Notes: generated by a model from the sequence alone, not told the origin. Shown: positions 37,041 to 50,150, numbered from the stretch's first letter. The stretch is DNA of 64,000 bases from Podarcis bocagei (GCA_964188305.1 OZ076889.1); one strand, 5' to 3'. Made by a program: numbers and translations.

Positions 37041-37319
37041 AAGAAAAAGGTAAAGAACCCCTGACCCCTGCGGGTCATGTGGCCAGCATGACTGAGCCGT
37101 TTCTGGCGAAACCAGAGCAGCGCACAGAAACACAGTTTACCTTCCCGCCAGAGCGGTACCTATTTATCTACCTGCACTTTGACATGCTTTCGAACTGCTA
37201 GGTTGGCAGGAGCAGAGACCAAGCAACAGGAGCTCACCCCATCATGGGGATTCGAACCGCCGACCTTCCGATCAGCAAGTGCTAGGCTCAGTGGTTTAGA
37301 CCACAGCTGCACCCACACC
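37041..37319 (-). mobile_element. Sauria SINE with internal deletion
   Basis: Homologous to 4601-4954; 17-bp TSD TCTACAGT(T/A)TCTATATA. Confidence 0.88.
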
Positions 37320-37356
37320 TCTACAGTATCTATATATGTATCTATATATCTATCTT

Positions 37357-37595
37357 GCCAGTGCAAGTAGATAAATAGGTACTGCTGCAGCGGGAAGGTA
37401 AGCAGCATTTCTGTGCGCTCTGGTTTCCGTCACGGTGTTCTGTTGTGCCAGAAGTGGTTTAGTCCTGCTGGCCACATGACCCGCAAAGCTGTCAGTGGAC
37501 AAATGCCAGCTCCCTCGGCCTGAAAGCGAGATGAGCGCCACACCCCATAGTCGCCTTTGACTGGGCTTTAACCATCCAGGGGTCCTTTACCTTTA

Positions 37596-37596
<1 letters not shown>
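37357..37596 (+). mobile_element. 5'-truncated Sauria SINE followed by (CT)n
   Basis: Homologous to the 3' half of 35044-35409; ACCTTT tail then (CT)n to about 37645. Confidence 0.88.
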
Positions 37597-37648
<52 letters not shown>

Positions 37649-38583
37649 GGTTGATAGCAGCTTCCTTTATGAGTCACAGATGTAAACAAATATGAGAGGC
37701 CCATCAACTAATACCCACTGATCTACTGCTGCAGACTTCTTTAAAAAAGGATCACAACTGACTGCTTTGTTTTCAAGCAGGCAAAGCTGTTCAGGAGGAG
37801 AAAGTGAGCAACATTCTGACACACACTCAGAAAAGCACGGAGGGCTTATTTTCTGCCTGTAAGCGTCCAAATATTTGCAATAAAACATAAGCTAAATGAC
37901 TGTCTCCTTCCAAATGTGAGATTTAGCAGCATGTCTAGAAAAATGCAGGAATGGTTTGCTCATCCATTCTGATTTCTGAGAATTGGGGGAAATGCCAAGA
38001 GGGCCATTTGTAATGCACTTTTCAACCTCCACAAGCCATGATAGCTGGGCGAAAAAATATGGGATACCTCTATGGAACAAGAGACGCGTTTCTGGAATGG
38101 AAAGCAAAATGGAACGGCAAGAATAAAGGCAGCGTCACTGCTGCATATTTCACAGCCCATGTCAAGTTAGCAGAAATAACTGAGCTTCTTACTGTCCTTG
38201 TTTTACTGTGGGAAGAATTTGAGTGAGGAGGCACCAGGAATGTTGAGTCTTCATCAAAGGGTATATACATCTGCTGCATGTGAACACCACCAGATTAGGT
38301 TCCACTTCATGTTTTCCCAGGTTCTGCCCACCATATAGAGATGTGTAATGATAAGTAGTGTGAGCAGAAATTTGCTATGTGAGCCACTCTATGGCCCCCA
38401 TAAACAGCCAAATGCCTGGTCCACTAAGACATGCACACTTCAGTTCTTTGAGCTCTAGTTTCTACTCGCCTAAAGCTGTCACTCAGATCATTTCTTGGCC
38501 GCGAGAAGCCAATGTGATGCCCTTCAGATGTTGTTGGAATTAGTTACAGATATGTTGTTGGAATTAGTTACAGATGTTGGAAT

Positions 38584-38729
38584 TAGGGTTGTCATATGTC
38601 CTCTTTTTCCAGGACACATCCTCTTTTTTCATGGGTATGTACAATGAGAGTCGCCATAGAGATCTATAGTTAAAATTAGAAATTGGCAAATATGTCCTCT
38701 TTTTTGCTTTTCAATATAAGGCAACTCTA
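38584..38729. mobile_element. hAT MITE (TAGGGTTG-type TIR)
   Basis: TAGGGTTGTC ... GGCAACTCTA; perfect 8-bp TSD GTTGGAAT; repeated GTCCTCTTTTT subterminal motifs. Confidence 0.85.
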
Positions 38730-40530
38730 GTTGGAATACAACTCCCATCATTTCTGGCTGTTGGTCATACTAGGTGGGGGTGATGCAAATTGAATGTCCG
38801 ACACTAGGCTCTTTTAAACTGTCTGTGTGTGTTATTGTTTCTTATTATGCCATGTATTTTTGTGTTTTTATATTGTAAACCGCCCTGTGATCTTTGGATG
38901 AAGGGCAGTACTGAAATTTTAACAACAACAGCAGCAGCAACAGATCAGCTTCCGGTTCTGGTCTGCCTTAATAGAGGCAGCTCCCACGACAGCAGGAGAT
39001 CATTGACGAAGGAAAAACAGGGATGATTGAGGGTAATTATCCTTGCAAGATTTCCCCAAGGACAGGGATAGAACCTCTATCCAACATGAACAGAAATTAT
39101 TAATATTGCAGTTGTTGTATAAGGGATCGCTATTTTGACTGGAATGTAATAGAAATTAATAAGATTTTGGAACTCAGAAATAAATCATATAATTTGATAT
39201 TTGAATGATTGGCATTAGTAATTGTATTATAATTTGGTATTGTTATAATGAGGCTATTATTGGATTGTAATTGAAAATTAATAAAAAATATTATTAAAAA
39301 ACCCCAATAGCAACATCTGGAGGCTACCATATTCACTACCCCAGTGATTGACTAACAACTACTTTACAATCCTCTGTTTCTAGGGCTGTTTGGTCTAAGT
39401 CCATTAGCAGCTAAAGAACCATAAGAAGAAAGATCAGGGACCCTGAATTTGTCCATCAACACTCAGCACCCAGACAACAGAGAGACGAGGCACACAGTCC
39501 ACCTGGTTAGGGTCACCTCCACTATGGTGAGATGTACTGCATTTCTCTTTAAGGCATAGCAATGATTTCTTAATTTTCAACTATACATATACATCAGCAC
39601 ACACACATTGTATGCAGATATGTGCTCACTCATGCCTTCTTTTTTATGTTGGTTGCCTCTATTCTGGCGATGCATAAGTGACCACCCTAAGAAGGGTTGT
39701 AAAAACAAAGAAACCAGGGTATGGTCTAAAAGCAGATGAGGCCACCACCATGCTGAAGCTAAGCAGGTCTATGTCTGGTCAATAGCTGGATGGGTGACTT
39801 CCTGGGGACCACATGTATGACAGGAAGAAGGTGGGAATATAAATGTATGGGGGGGGAAGCAACTTAAGAGGACAAGTTCTAATATGACCCCTTGAATACA
39901 TATTGTACAATGTAAGAACCTGCAGGTAAAAACAGGGGCCAAGAATCTAACCAACTTCAAGGAGGGCTTTCAAGTAGAAGAATGTGTAAATCGCTTCCTT
40001 CTATCAGTCCATGTTGTGCTTTCATGACCGTATATTACAAATCATCACTAAAAGCATTCCCTACTGTCATTAAGACTCCATTTTTCAGAAGAAAAATCAT
40101 TTGCCTTGTCACTGTATTTTAAATGCCAGCTGGGGAAGGCCATGAGAGATTTCCAATAATCAGTATGCGAGGGAGTATGGGATTCAGTAATAAACCGAAC
40201 CACTTATCTGAACCATTTTCTCATTCAGTATATTAGGCTAGATTTTCAAAACATGTCATTTTCAAAGCATTTAGATTCCCCTCAGGTGAATGAACATACC
40301 GTATTTTTCGGACTATTGGACGCACCGGTCCATAGGACGCACCTAGATTTGGGGGGGGGGGGAAATAAAGGCAAAAAATTTTTATCCCCCCCCCGCCAGG
40401 CGCGGGGCTGGGGCGGGGAAGCCCGAGCTTCCCCCTCCCCCAGAACGGGACCCAGAGCCATGCCGAAGCTGCGCGCAGCTTTGGCATCGCTCTGGGAGCT
40501 TGCGGGGCTGGGGGAGGAGGAAGCCTTCCG

Positions 40531-41300
40531 CCAGCCTCCAAACCATGTCGGGAGACAGCGGGATGGCGCGCTGCGCCTCTCCTGCTGTCCCCCGAGTTTG
40601 CGGGGCTGGGCCAGCCTTCTAACCAAGTCGGGGGACAGCGGGAAGGGCGCGCTGCGCCCCTGCCGCTGTCTCCCGAGTTTGCGGGGCTGGCGACGGGGAG
40701 GAGCAGGCTTCTCCCCCCGCCAGCCTTCTAACCAAGTCGGGGGACAGCGGCAAAGGCGCGCTGCCCCCTGCCGCTGTCTCCCGAGTTTGCGGGGCTGGCG
40801 ACGGGAAGGAGCAGGCTTCTCCCCCCGCCAGCCTTCTAACCAAGTCGGGGGACAGCGGCAAAGGCGCGCTGCCCCCTGCCGCTGTCTCCCGAGTTTGCGG
40901 GGCTGGCAATGGGGAGGAGCAGGCTTCTCCCCCCGCCAGCCTTCTAGACAAGTCGGGGGACAGCGGGAAAGGTGCGCTGCGCCTCTCCCGCTGTCCCCCG
41001 AGTTTGCGGGGCTGGCGACGGGGAGGAGCAGGCTTCTCCCCCCGCCAGCCTTCTAGCCAAGTCGGGGGACAGCGGGAAAGGCGCGCTGCGCCTCTCCCGC
41101 TGTCTCCCGAGTTTGCGGGGCTGGCGACGGGGAGGAGCAGGCTCCCCCTCCCCCAGCCTTCTAACCAAGTCGGGGGACAGCGGGAATGGCGCGCTGCGCC
41201 TCTCCCGCTGTCTCCCGAGTTTGCGGGGCTGGTGACGGGGAGGAGCAGGCTCCCCCCCAGCCTTCTAACCAAGTCGGGGGACAGCGGGAAGGGCGCGCTG
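40531..41300. repeat. GC-rich minisatellite A (about 108-bp unit, about 7 copies)
   Basis: CAGCCTTCTAACCAAGTCGGGGGACAGCGG unit starts near 40612, 40721, 40829, 40937, 41046, 41154 and 41258. Confidence 0.95.
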
Positions 41301-41302
41301 AA

Positions 41303-42085
41303 GCCTGGAGGTTGTGGGGCTGGTGGGGGGGAGAAGCAGGATCGCCGCCATCCCGCTATTCCCCGACCTGATCTGGAGGTTGTGGGGCTGGGGGGGGGGG
41401 AGAAGCAGGCTTGCTTCTCCCACCCCCAGCCTCCAGATCAGGTCGGGGAATAGCGGGATGGCGGAGCGCTGCCATCCCGCTATTCCCCGACCTGATCTGG
41501 AGGTTGTGGGGATGGTGGGGGGGGAGAAGCAGGCTTGCTTCTCCCACCCCCAGCCTCCAGATCAGGTCGGGGAATAGCGGGATGGCGGAGCGCTGCCATC
41601 CCGCTATTCCCCGACCTGATCTGGAGGTTGTGGGGATGTGGGGGGGGAGAAGCAGGCTTGCTTCTCCCACCCCCAGCCTCCAGATCAGGTCGGGGAATAG
41701 CGGGATGGCGGCGCTTCGCCATCCCCCTATCCCCCGAACTTGTGGGGCTGGGGGGGGGGGAGAAGCAGGCTTGCTTCTCCCACCCCCAGCCTCCAGATCA
41801 GGTCGGGGAATAGGGGGATGGCGGAGCGCCGCCATCCCGCTATTCCCCGACCTGATCTGGAGGTTGTGGGGATGTGGGGGGGGGGAGAAGCAGGCTTGCT
41901 TCTCCCACCCCAGCCTCCAGATCAGGTCGGGGAATAGCGGGATGGCGGCGCTTCACCATCCCCCTATCCCCCGAGCTTGTGGGGCTGGGGGGGGGAGAAG
42001 CAGGCTTGCTTCTCCCCCCGCCAGCCTCCAGATCAGGTCGGGGAATAGCGGGGTGGCGGCTCTGCGCCTCGCCGCTGTCCCCAGC
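41303..42085. repeat. GC-rich minisatellite B (about 111-124-bp unit, about 6 copies)
   Basis: CAGCCTCCAGATCAGGTCGGGGAATAGCGGGATGGC unit starts near 41427, 41551, 41673, 41787, 41911 and 42022. Confidence 0.95.
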
Positions 42086-44649
42086 TTTTGGGTGCAGGCT
42101 GCTGCCCGCAAGCCTTGCGAGCCCGCGGGACATCCCGCCGGGCTTGCAAGACTTGGGATAGCTTCCTGAAGCCTGGAGAGCGAGAGGGGTCGGTGCGCAC
42201 GGACCCCTCTCGCTCTCCAGGCTTCAGCAAAAGCCTGCATTCGCACCATAGGACGCACACACATTTCCCCTTCATTTTTGGAGGGGAAAAAGTGCGTCCT
42301 ATAGTGCGAAAAATACGGTACTTTCTCACATCGTGAAATTGGCCCTGTGGAGGACAACTAGAACCAGTTTTGTGTCCTTTAGAAAGACAATAAACAGTCA
42401 AGTTTCACTTCAGGATCACACCAACTTACTCTCTGATCACCATCTGGGCTGCTGTAAACAGTCTCACTCCTCATCTTCCTGCTGCCTCCATCCTCCTTTT
42501 TGTGATATTGTTGAGGTCTTCCTCCTCGCTGCCCTTTCTCTCTCCTCCTGCTTCTTTTCTCCTCGTTCTGCATGAGCTGTAGCAGTATCAACAGTTTTCC
42601 CACTGGCCCACCCAACTCCTTCTCCTGCCCTAGTGTCTCCTGCTGAGGAAGAGTTAATAGGGAGTCAACATCCTTTCAGTAAACAGAATCAAACCCCAAC
42701 TGCCTTTGGTGGCATGGAGGGGAATTTGTAACTTTTGACCAGGTCCCCAGTGGGGAAAGTTTAGCTTGTGGATTTGAAGGGAAACCTGTGAAAACTGGGC
42801 CAGCGAAAATGTAGGCTGAGAAATAAATGGAAGGGGGGGGGGAATTGGAGGGTCATCCTGTTTGAAGAATCAAATACATTTCCTGTTGTCCATTGCCCCA
42901 ACCTGCCTGCCCTCCTCGCATAGATGGCCGCGGCTGTATAATTGATGCTGCGGTGTAGTCTGAAGGATTCTGTCAAGATTGGCAGGACAGATGCCACTCA
43001 GCCCTAGCTTTTGGGCCATTGCCTCATTGTCAGAAGTGACACTTTCACGAGCTCATTTATTGCATTGTTGCTCCCCTAAGTGATTGCCAATGATGGGATT
43101 TATAGGTGCGCGTTCAGGAGTGGCTAGATGAGATGGGCTTTCTCTTCTCTTCTCCATCCCTCCCCCCCCGCCACCTCCACCTTCACTCGTATTAATTCCA
43201 AAGTTACTGCCAATGAATAGTTGTATCCAGATTGATGGGCAGCGTACTATAATTACCTGTCAGAGACATGGACCACTTGATGCTGGAAGCTGGACTTTGA
43301 TGGAGGCGCTACAGGGGAGGCGAGGAGGGCGAAACTGAAATTGACAACATTGCAGCTCTGCTTGCATCTGCTTATTTCTTTGCAGATAAGCTGTTTGTGT
43401 TAACTTGAGCATTTTTTTAAATGAAAAAAACCAAAAACCCAGCACCTTACATTTTGCTATCTACAATTCCCCCACCGCCGGACTTAATTATAGGATTATA
43501 ATTGCCAATTAAGCGATAAGTCTTGTATTCCTGGGTCACTGTGCATGAATCTGATGCAATGTGCATGGGGGGGGGGGAGAGAAAGAGAATCAGACTGAAT
43601 GCACTCTCCAATATTTCTAAGTCATTCTCAGCTAATCTGGTTTTTAGTTGAGAGCCGGTGTGGTTAGATGATCTGACTAAGATGGAGGAAACCCAGCCAT
43701 TGCACTTGTTGGGTGATTTGGGGTGAATTGCCATTGTTCACAGGGTTGTTGGGAGGGTAAAATGGAATATGGAAGAACCATCTATGGTGCCTTGAGATCC
43801 TTGAAAGAAAAGTGGAATATAAAATGTGCTACATAAATAAATAAATAAATATAAGGGCTGTGCATGGAACCCTTAATCAACCTTGTATCTATACTCCCCC
43901 CCCCCCCCATCCAGTGGTAGCGTATTCTGTTTTGCCACCAGCAGAAAAGCAGAGCTGGCATCAGCACCTATTTCAGGTGAGTTTCCTGAGGTCTCAGTGC
44001 TCCACAAGATGTTGCATGATTTTGGCGAGATCTTGATGGTAATCAGCACGATCTTGTCCAAAACTGGCACCGCTGCCAGCACTGCTTCCCTGTGGGTGGT
44101 GGAGGTGGCAGGGCAGATGGGGCACCCATGGGGGGGGGCCCTCATCCCACCTAATGGCTGCACTGCCCCCCTCTCCATCTGTTAATTTCTGATCTCTTTC
44201 TTTGTTGTTCTCTCTGCTTCGATTTGTGATTTACATTTTGAGGCACTCGTCGTAAAATGAAGCTGCTTGTTGCCTATTCAATCTTACAAGGAACCCTTAA
44301 AATTACTATCATTTCCCTCCTTTTGCCAGAATCAGAAGCTTACAGGCTCAGGAGCCCCTCCAGAGTGGATTAAATCTGCCAAATTGCAGGTTCAGGGATT
44401 TATTTATTTTGGGGAGGGAGGAGAAGTAAAAGGAAGCCGCTTTCCTCCATAACCTATATTAAGGCAATACTTTTATTAAGCCGACTGAAAGTGCAAACTC
44501 CATATTAGTTTCATATTTTTAAGGGGAGGAGTGGGGGTTCTCTCTTGCTCTTCTATGCCTTAGAAATAATTAAAAAGTCTTTGCGTGTACTTAAATAAAA
44601 CAAAACATTAGCAGCTTCTCACCAGCTGCCTTAGAATTTTGGTATTTGC

Positions 44650-45570
44650 TGTGATGGGGAGGCATGCCCTCCTATGGGCATTGCAGTTGGAGGCTCCCCT
44701 TAGTATTGCCTTCAAAATGTTGAAGAGCACTGGAGTTTTTCTTTTTTCTCAAATAGAGCGGTCATCTTTAACAGGGGTGGGGTGAGGAATCATCCAATGC
44801 TTTCCAGAATTTTGCTAAATCCACTCCATCTCACTGTGGGGCGAAGTTGCAGTGGACTGCATGGCCTCCTCCTCTCTCTGGGGGCGGGAGACAAAGTCCC
44901 ACGTTGCCCAGGGGATCCTGGCCATGTCAGCCACCAACTGGCCAATCCGCTGGCTGCTGGGGGCGTGGTCGGGACTGTTAAAATCTCAGGCGCGAGCCAG
45001 GGGGCTTCCTCTTGGCTCGCTTCTTCCATATCCCATCCTATTTGCAGGCTTCCTTGGCCTTGCTATGGACCTCGGTTGGTCGCCGTTGAGGGGCCTGGTA
45101 GGAGTTTTTCTACTTGGCAAAATTGGTATGGGGCCATTTGGTTTTCTCCTACCTCGTAGCAATCATCACAACTTTGTAAGGTTGGCGGATAGGCATTGTT
45201 TGACCTTATGAAGGTGTGGCCATCACCTGCCCCTCCAAGCTTAAGGGTGTTCCATTAAAGGAATCCAGGGGTGTGAATCCTGTCCAAAGCCCAGGGCGGA
45301 GCTAGGGCCAAGACACAACCTCATCGGGAACACCTGGGGGAGCTCAAGTTGGTCTGCACTGACGAGGCTCCCCCTTCTGGTGGTTTACCCTTACCGGACT
45401 CCCTGTGCAACGGGCAGGAGTCAGATATTGTCGGGTCCATTCAATGCCTAAGCCAATACAGCTCACATTCTGTAATCAAGAAAGTTGTGGCCAAAATTTG
45501 CCCAATAACAATTAACCTCATTTCTGTGTCCTAGTGTGTTGATTTGCTTATACCTCAACAAGGGGGTGGT
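44650..45570 (+). mobile_element. LTR-like element (boundaries approximate)
   Basis: Begins TGTGATGG; GC-rich U3-like body; AAGAAAGTTGTGGCC poly-A-signal-like motif near 45480; TSD not found. Confidence 0.45.
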
Positions 45571-45610
45571 TGCGGGGTGTAGATATGCAAGAGTATTTCA
45601 ATAGCTTCAC

Positions 45611-46188
45611 TGTCAGGGACTGGCTGGATGAAGAGGAGCGATGGCAGGCACCAGCTGGAGACCCCCTTAGGGAAGCCTCAGAGGAGGAAGACCCAGAGCC
45701 CGGGGAGTGGTGGTGGGACACTGAGGTCAGGTCAGAGGATGAAAGAGAGGGGCAGAATGGTGAAGAGGCTGAAGAAGCAACAGGTTTGAGTGAGAGAGGA
45801 GCCAGATACAGAAAGCAATGCAAACTCAGGACATGAGGCAGAGAAGGAGGGGCCAGAGGTTATAGAAACATCCACAGAGCTTGCCTTTCCTATTGTAGCA
45901 AGCTCCGCTCCCCTTTGTCTCCAAGATCACAGAGAGCTTTCCATATAACAGAACAAACAGCCTGTGTGGCCCCTCCCTGTGGGGGAGGCTGCTTGGGAGA
46001 CAACTGGCTGGGGAGGAGACTTAATGGGAAGTAGAAGGCAAAGACCTTCAGTATGGCAACTGTTTCACTGGGGCCAGTCCTCTTTGCAGGCATTGCTGCC
46101 TGGTATGCTGTTTCCTTGAAGAAAGAGCTGACTTTTCTGCTTGTCTCTGCATCTCGAGTGCTGACCTGCATCTGAACCAGCCGTGACA
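45611..46188 (+). mobile_element. solo LTR (Gypsy-like)
   Basis: TGTCA...TGACA termini; perfect 5-bp TSD TTCAC (45606-45610 / 46189-46193). Confidence 0.85.
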
Positions 46189-46361
46189 TTCACTTCTTGC
46201 AAAGTCCATGGATTACGAGCACAGAAACACAGAGACATAGAACCGACAGGGCTATGGTACAGAAAACCAGAGCAACACAGTGGCAGATGACTTTGTGGGG
46301 GCCTTGATCTGATTAGGGGTGTTTGGTTGACTACAGGAGCATAAACATCATCCCTCATCAC

Positions 46362-46451
46362 CATAGCTGTCAACTTTTCCCTTTTCTTGCGAGGAATCCT
46401 ATTCGGAATAAGGGAATTTCCCTTTAAAAAAGGGACACGTTGACAGCTATG
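46362..46451. mobile_element. 90-bp hAT MITE
   Basis: Perfect 13-bp TIR CATAGCTGTCAAC; perfect 8-bp TSD CTCATCAC. Confidence 0.92.
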
Positions 46452-47517
46452 CTCATCACCCCAACTTGCCTCATTATTTGACCCCAGCACAGAGCAATTG
46501 CACATGCCTAGGGAATATATTTTGTGGAAAACCCTGCCCTCCAAGAAAAGAACAGGTTTTGGGGTTCAGGATGCAGAGTACTATAGCTCCACTATATTAC
46601 TTTCTCTGTGAACACAAAACTCCTTCCTAATCTTTGCAGAGATCTTATTTTCATCAATGACCACACTTTTTTTAAACTGTGATTTTAGCATGATGTTTAT
46701 TTTGCAGCACCTTGGAGAGCTTTGGTCACAGACACAATTAAAACACAAATTAAATAGGATGCAAACTGAGCATGATTGCCGATTTATGCCCAGCTCGCTG
46801 TCAGAGTCCAGCCGTGTATCTTTCTGAACTTTCCTTGCACTTGGGGTTGTAGTACCATGGGGGAAAAAAGCTGTGAAGTGTTCAGAACCTTTTAGATTTC
46901 TTTTGGAATTTCAGCAGCCGTAGCACTAAGAGTTTGCCTTTTGGCCTTTGCTGAATGAATCAACCTTTCTGCTGGAAGTTCAAGTGCGGGAGACGTAATC
47001 TTTTACCAATGTATTCCTTTTGCGAGAGAAAGTCAAGGGAACATTATGTACGGCCAGTCCCACTGTTTCACTTTGCTAAGTGCATTCCGGAATTCTTCCT
47101 GTATTTATCAGAAGACACCAGCGATGCATTGCTTTTTGTAGCAAAATGGCAGGCTGTCGATCTTCTGCTTTTTTGTCTTATTGTTTTAACATCTGGGAAT
47201 CTCTGCAGAACTCTGCAAAGCATTTCAAAAGAAAACATTACCAAAGGAAATTAAGTATATTGAAAACAGCATGATTAGCAAGAGAATAAAATATTTTCAT
47301 AAGTATTGAATGTATCTGCTGCTGTTGCCGCCAGTGATTCTCATCCTGCCATCCTTCCCAGCCTGCCATGATGGGTGGTAGCTGTGGATGATGACCTGGG
47401 TCTGCCCTAAGAGACAGCCTAGTGTAGGAAGGAAATACTAAGGAAATGGGACACCATGATGCATGGAATTTGCATGCCAGTTTGCATACACCTCCACTGT
47501 GCAAACATCTGCCATGG

Positions 47518-47653
47518 CAGGGTTTCCCAAACTTGAGTTTCCAACTGCTTGGGGACTACAATTCCCATCATCCCTGACCACTGGTCCTGCTAGCTAACGG
47601 TGATGGGAATTGTAGTCCAAGAACAGCTAGAGACCTAAGTCTGGAAAACCCTA
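47518..47653. mobile_element. palindromic hAT-derived MITE
   Basis: CAGGGTTTCCCAAACTT ... AAGTCTGGAAAACCCTA; internal inverted GGACTACAATTCCCATCA / TGATGGGAATTGTAGTCC; diverged 8-bp TSD TGCCATGG/TCCTATGG. Many older copies (about 470, 14390, 15110, 26240, 38510, 63520). Confidence 0.75.
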
Positions 47654-49479
47654 TCCTATGGTAAGGCTGGGGATAGCCCAGGTGTCATACAACTCTGTCT
47701 CTGTCTCATCGCGCGCGCGTGTGCGTGTGCGTGTGTGTGTGTGTGTAGTAGGTGCTGATTCAGCTCATGTAAGACCCAGTGTTCTCCTTCTCCATGTAAA
47801 GCCAATCTACAACGTCTCGGTGGCTACTCAAAACCCTTGAGCATGTTGCAGCATCAATTTAATGGGGAGTTACTGATCCACATCAGCAGAACTGGGCATG
47901 GTGATCACAGCAGATGCTTTTGGTAGCAGCAGCTATCGATGATGTCACTCAAGTTGCAGCTTGATGGGATATGTATGAGGAAGCAATTCGGACACATTTT
48001 CCCCAGTACATTGGCCTGTAACTTTTTATTTTACTGGATGTGGTTGACTAAGGTTTACCTGATGCCCTTTAAAATGAATGAATATACAGTAATAAAAAAC
48101 AAGACTCACTACGTCTTTCCTTTTCCCAGCAGTTGACAGTCACCTTGTTTATAACACAAATGGCACACAGAATGAAAAGAGTCACGATATTCCTTTTGGC
48201 TACACTAACAGTATTAAGAATGGGATAAAAGTCATTGCCTGTAAGGGAAAGGGCGGATCAAGGAGATAACCCAAATGTTTCTCACTACAATCATGGCGCA
48301 GTTATTGAGTTAGACGGGCAGCAAATCTGTTATGGAAGAGAAGTAGGTTGACAAAAATACAACACCTAGACTCCAGGTGCCATTGTTAGTTAACTCATTA
48401 GCTTTGCCATATTTCATAGTTTTGAAGGTGTAAATGCCACAATTGATTGCCTCTTGTCTTAACTTGCTTATCAAGAACTGCCTTGAATGGGTTTTATTAA
48501 GCAAAGGTAGAAGTGAAAGATAGGATAAAGAGAGGGGGTCATGCCACCCTAATCTCTGCACCTTGCTTCCCCTGAATATAAATAGGCAGATATCTATGTA
48601 CAGAGCAGAAGTACTGAAAGCCCTTTAAAGATAAGGAACCAGTTATTTTGCTATCTTCTCCAGGTGCAGGTAGCAGTTCTGATAATGAATCTATACCAAA
48701 TTGGAGGGCTTTCATCTGAGGCTTTTTTTTTTTTTTTGCCTTGGTTTTCAAAACTAACTGATTAACCACCTGCCCTTTTTAATGGATGAATTTAGGTGCA
48801 GTGCAATTGAGTTCAATGGGACTTGCTTCCTGGGCCAGCGTGTGTCGAATTTGAAGCTTAAATAGAAATGCATTTGCTTCTTCCCAATATAGATGCAGTT
48901 TTGACATACTGAGGAAGTGCCACTTAATAAAATGAAAGAGGCAAAACATCGCTATAAGGAAAGCCACATCCTAATGTGTTTGTGCATCCATTCCTTGACA
49001 TACAATTATACACCACAACCAACAGAGCCTCAAAGCAATAATGTGTGTGTGTAAAGTTTTTACTGACCAGATGAACGCACCAGTAATAGAAATTATGTAT
49101 AGCATAGGTTCGTCTTTCCTGTTGCATACTGTGGAATGTGCTTAACCCACATCCCCAATGTACCCTTACCCTTTCCCTTGCATGGGAAGATAGGCTACAG
49201 AGGATTGAGTGGATGAGACCAATAGTTGGTCCAATGGTCCAATGGACAAGAAGGCAGTTTCTGCACATGCTGTTGAGGAAATGAGGGGCAGGTGGAGCTT
49301 GTCTGCCTCAGAAGGCTAAGGAGTAAACCCTACACAAATCTGAAGTGGATTCCCTAAGAACAGTTGGATGGCATCTTGCACGCCTCCTTCCAACCAAGCT
49401 GGTGCTCTGCTTTCCTTTGGATCACATCAGTGAGGCCAAGGGGTTGTGTTCTTGTCATCTGGGCAGCTCAGGACCTCAA

Positions 49480-49755
49480 TATGGCTCAGGGCCTTCTCTG
49501 CAGTGGCTCCCCATCTGTGGAACGCTCTCCCCAGGGAAGTTCACCTGGTGCCTTCATTATACACCTTTAGCCACCAGGCAAAAACAAGCCTTTGGCTGAC
49601 CTGATCAACATCCTATACCGTTTTAAAATGTGGCTCTTTGGGGGAGGGTATTATTGGGTTATTGTTTTTATTTTTATTTTATATATTGCAATCTTTTTTT
49701 GTGAACCTCCCTGAGACCTCTGCGTATAGGGTGGTATATAAATACAATAAAAATA
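49480..49755 (+). mobile_element. L2 3' fragment
   Basis: GGGCCTTCTCTGCAGTGGCTCCCCATCTGTGGAACGCTCTCCC (RAFS..AP.LWNALP motif) plus 3' tail. Confidence 0.65.
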
Positions 49756-50150
49756 TTTTTTTTAAAAAAAAACTTGATTAAAAGGATGCCAACCTGCCCT
49801 GATAATGCTCTGGGAAACTGTGGCAATTCCTAGGGACTCAAGTTGTTGATGCAGCACAGATTTTGTGTTTAGAAATTGCTTGCCTAGCATGGAGCACATG
49901 GACAAATGTGCTCCATGAAGATACATGCCCGTGCCACATGTAATACAAGTAGAACCCAACTGCAGAGGACTTGATGAAGGATTCCTGTTGAAAGCCCTCC
50001 CAGCACCGTAGGAATTTTTGCAATAGCTTTCCACTTAAGCAAGCTGTCGGGTCCATGCACAAGGGTGTTGATCGATGGATATTCACAAGGCACCAATTCA
50101 TTATAAAACTCTTGTGCTTAGAAGTAGTTGCCATTTGTAAATGGCATTCA

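Larger units (their letters stand above)
40299..42318. mobile_element. non-autonomous Tc2/pogo-type (Tc1/mariner) element with internal minisatellites
   Basis: TA TSD; 27-bp TIRs CCGTATTTTTCGGACTATTGGACGCAC with 2 mismatches; subterminal CCATAGGACGCAC repeats. Confidence 0.9.

Noticed and set aside
36703-37133. ORFs containing X runs
   Set aside because: Artefacts of the N gap.
40233-42401. Many overlapping 100-270-aa ORFs and a CRISPR-like repeat appearance
   Set aside because: Products of GC-rich tandem repeats; the units have no unique spacers and the DNA is eukaryotic.
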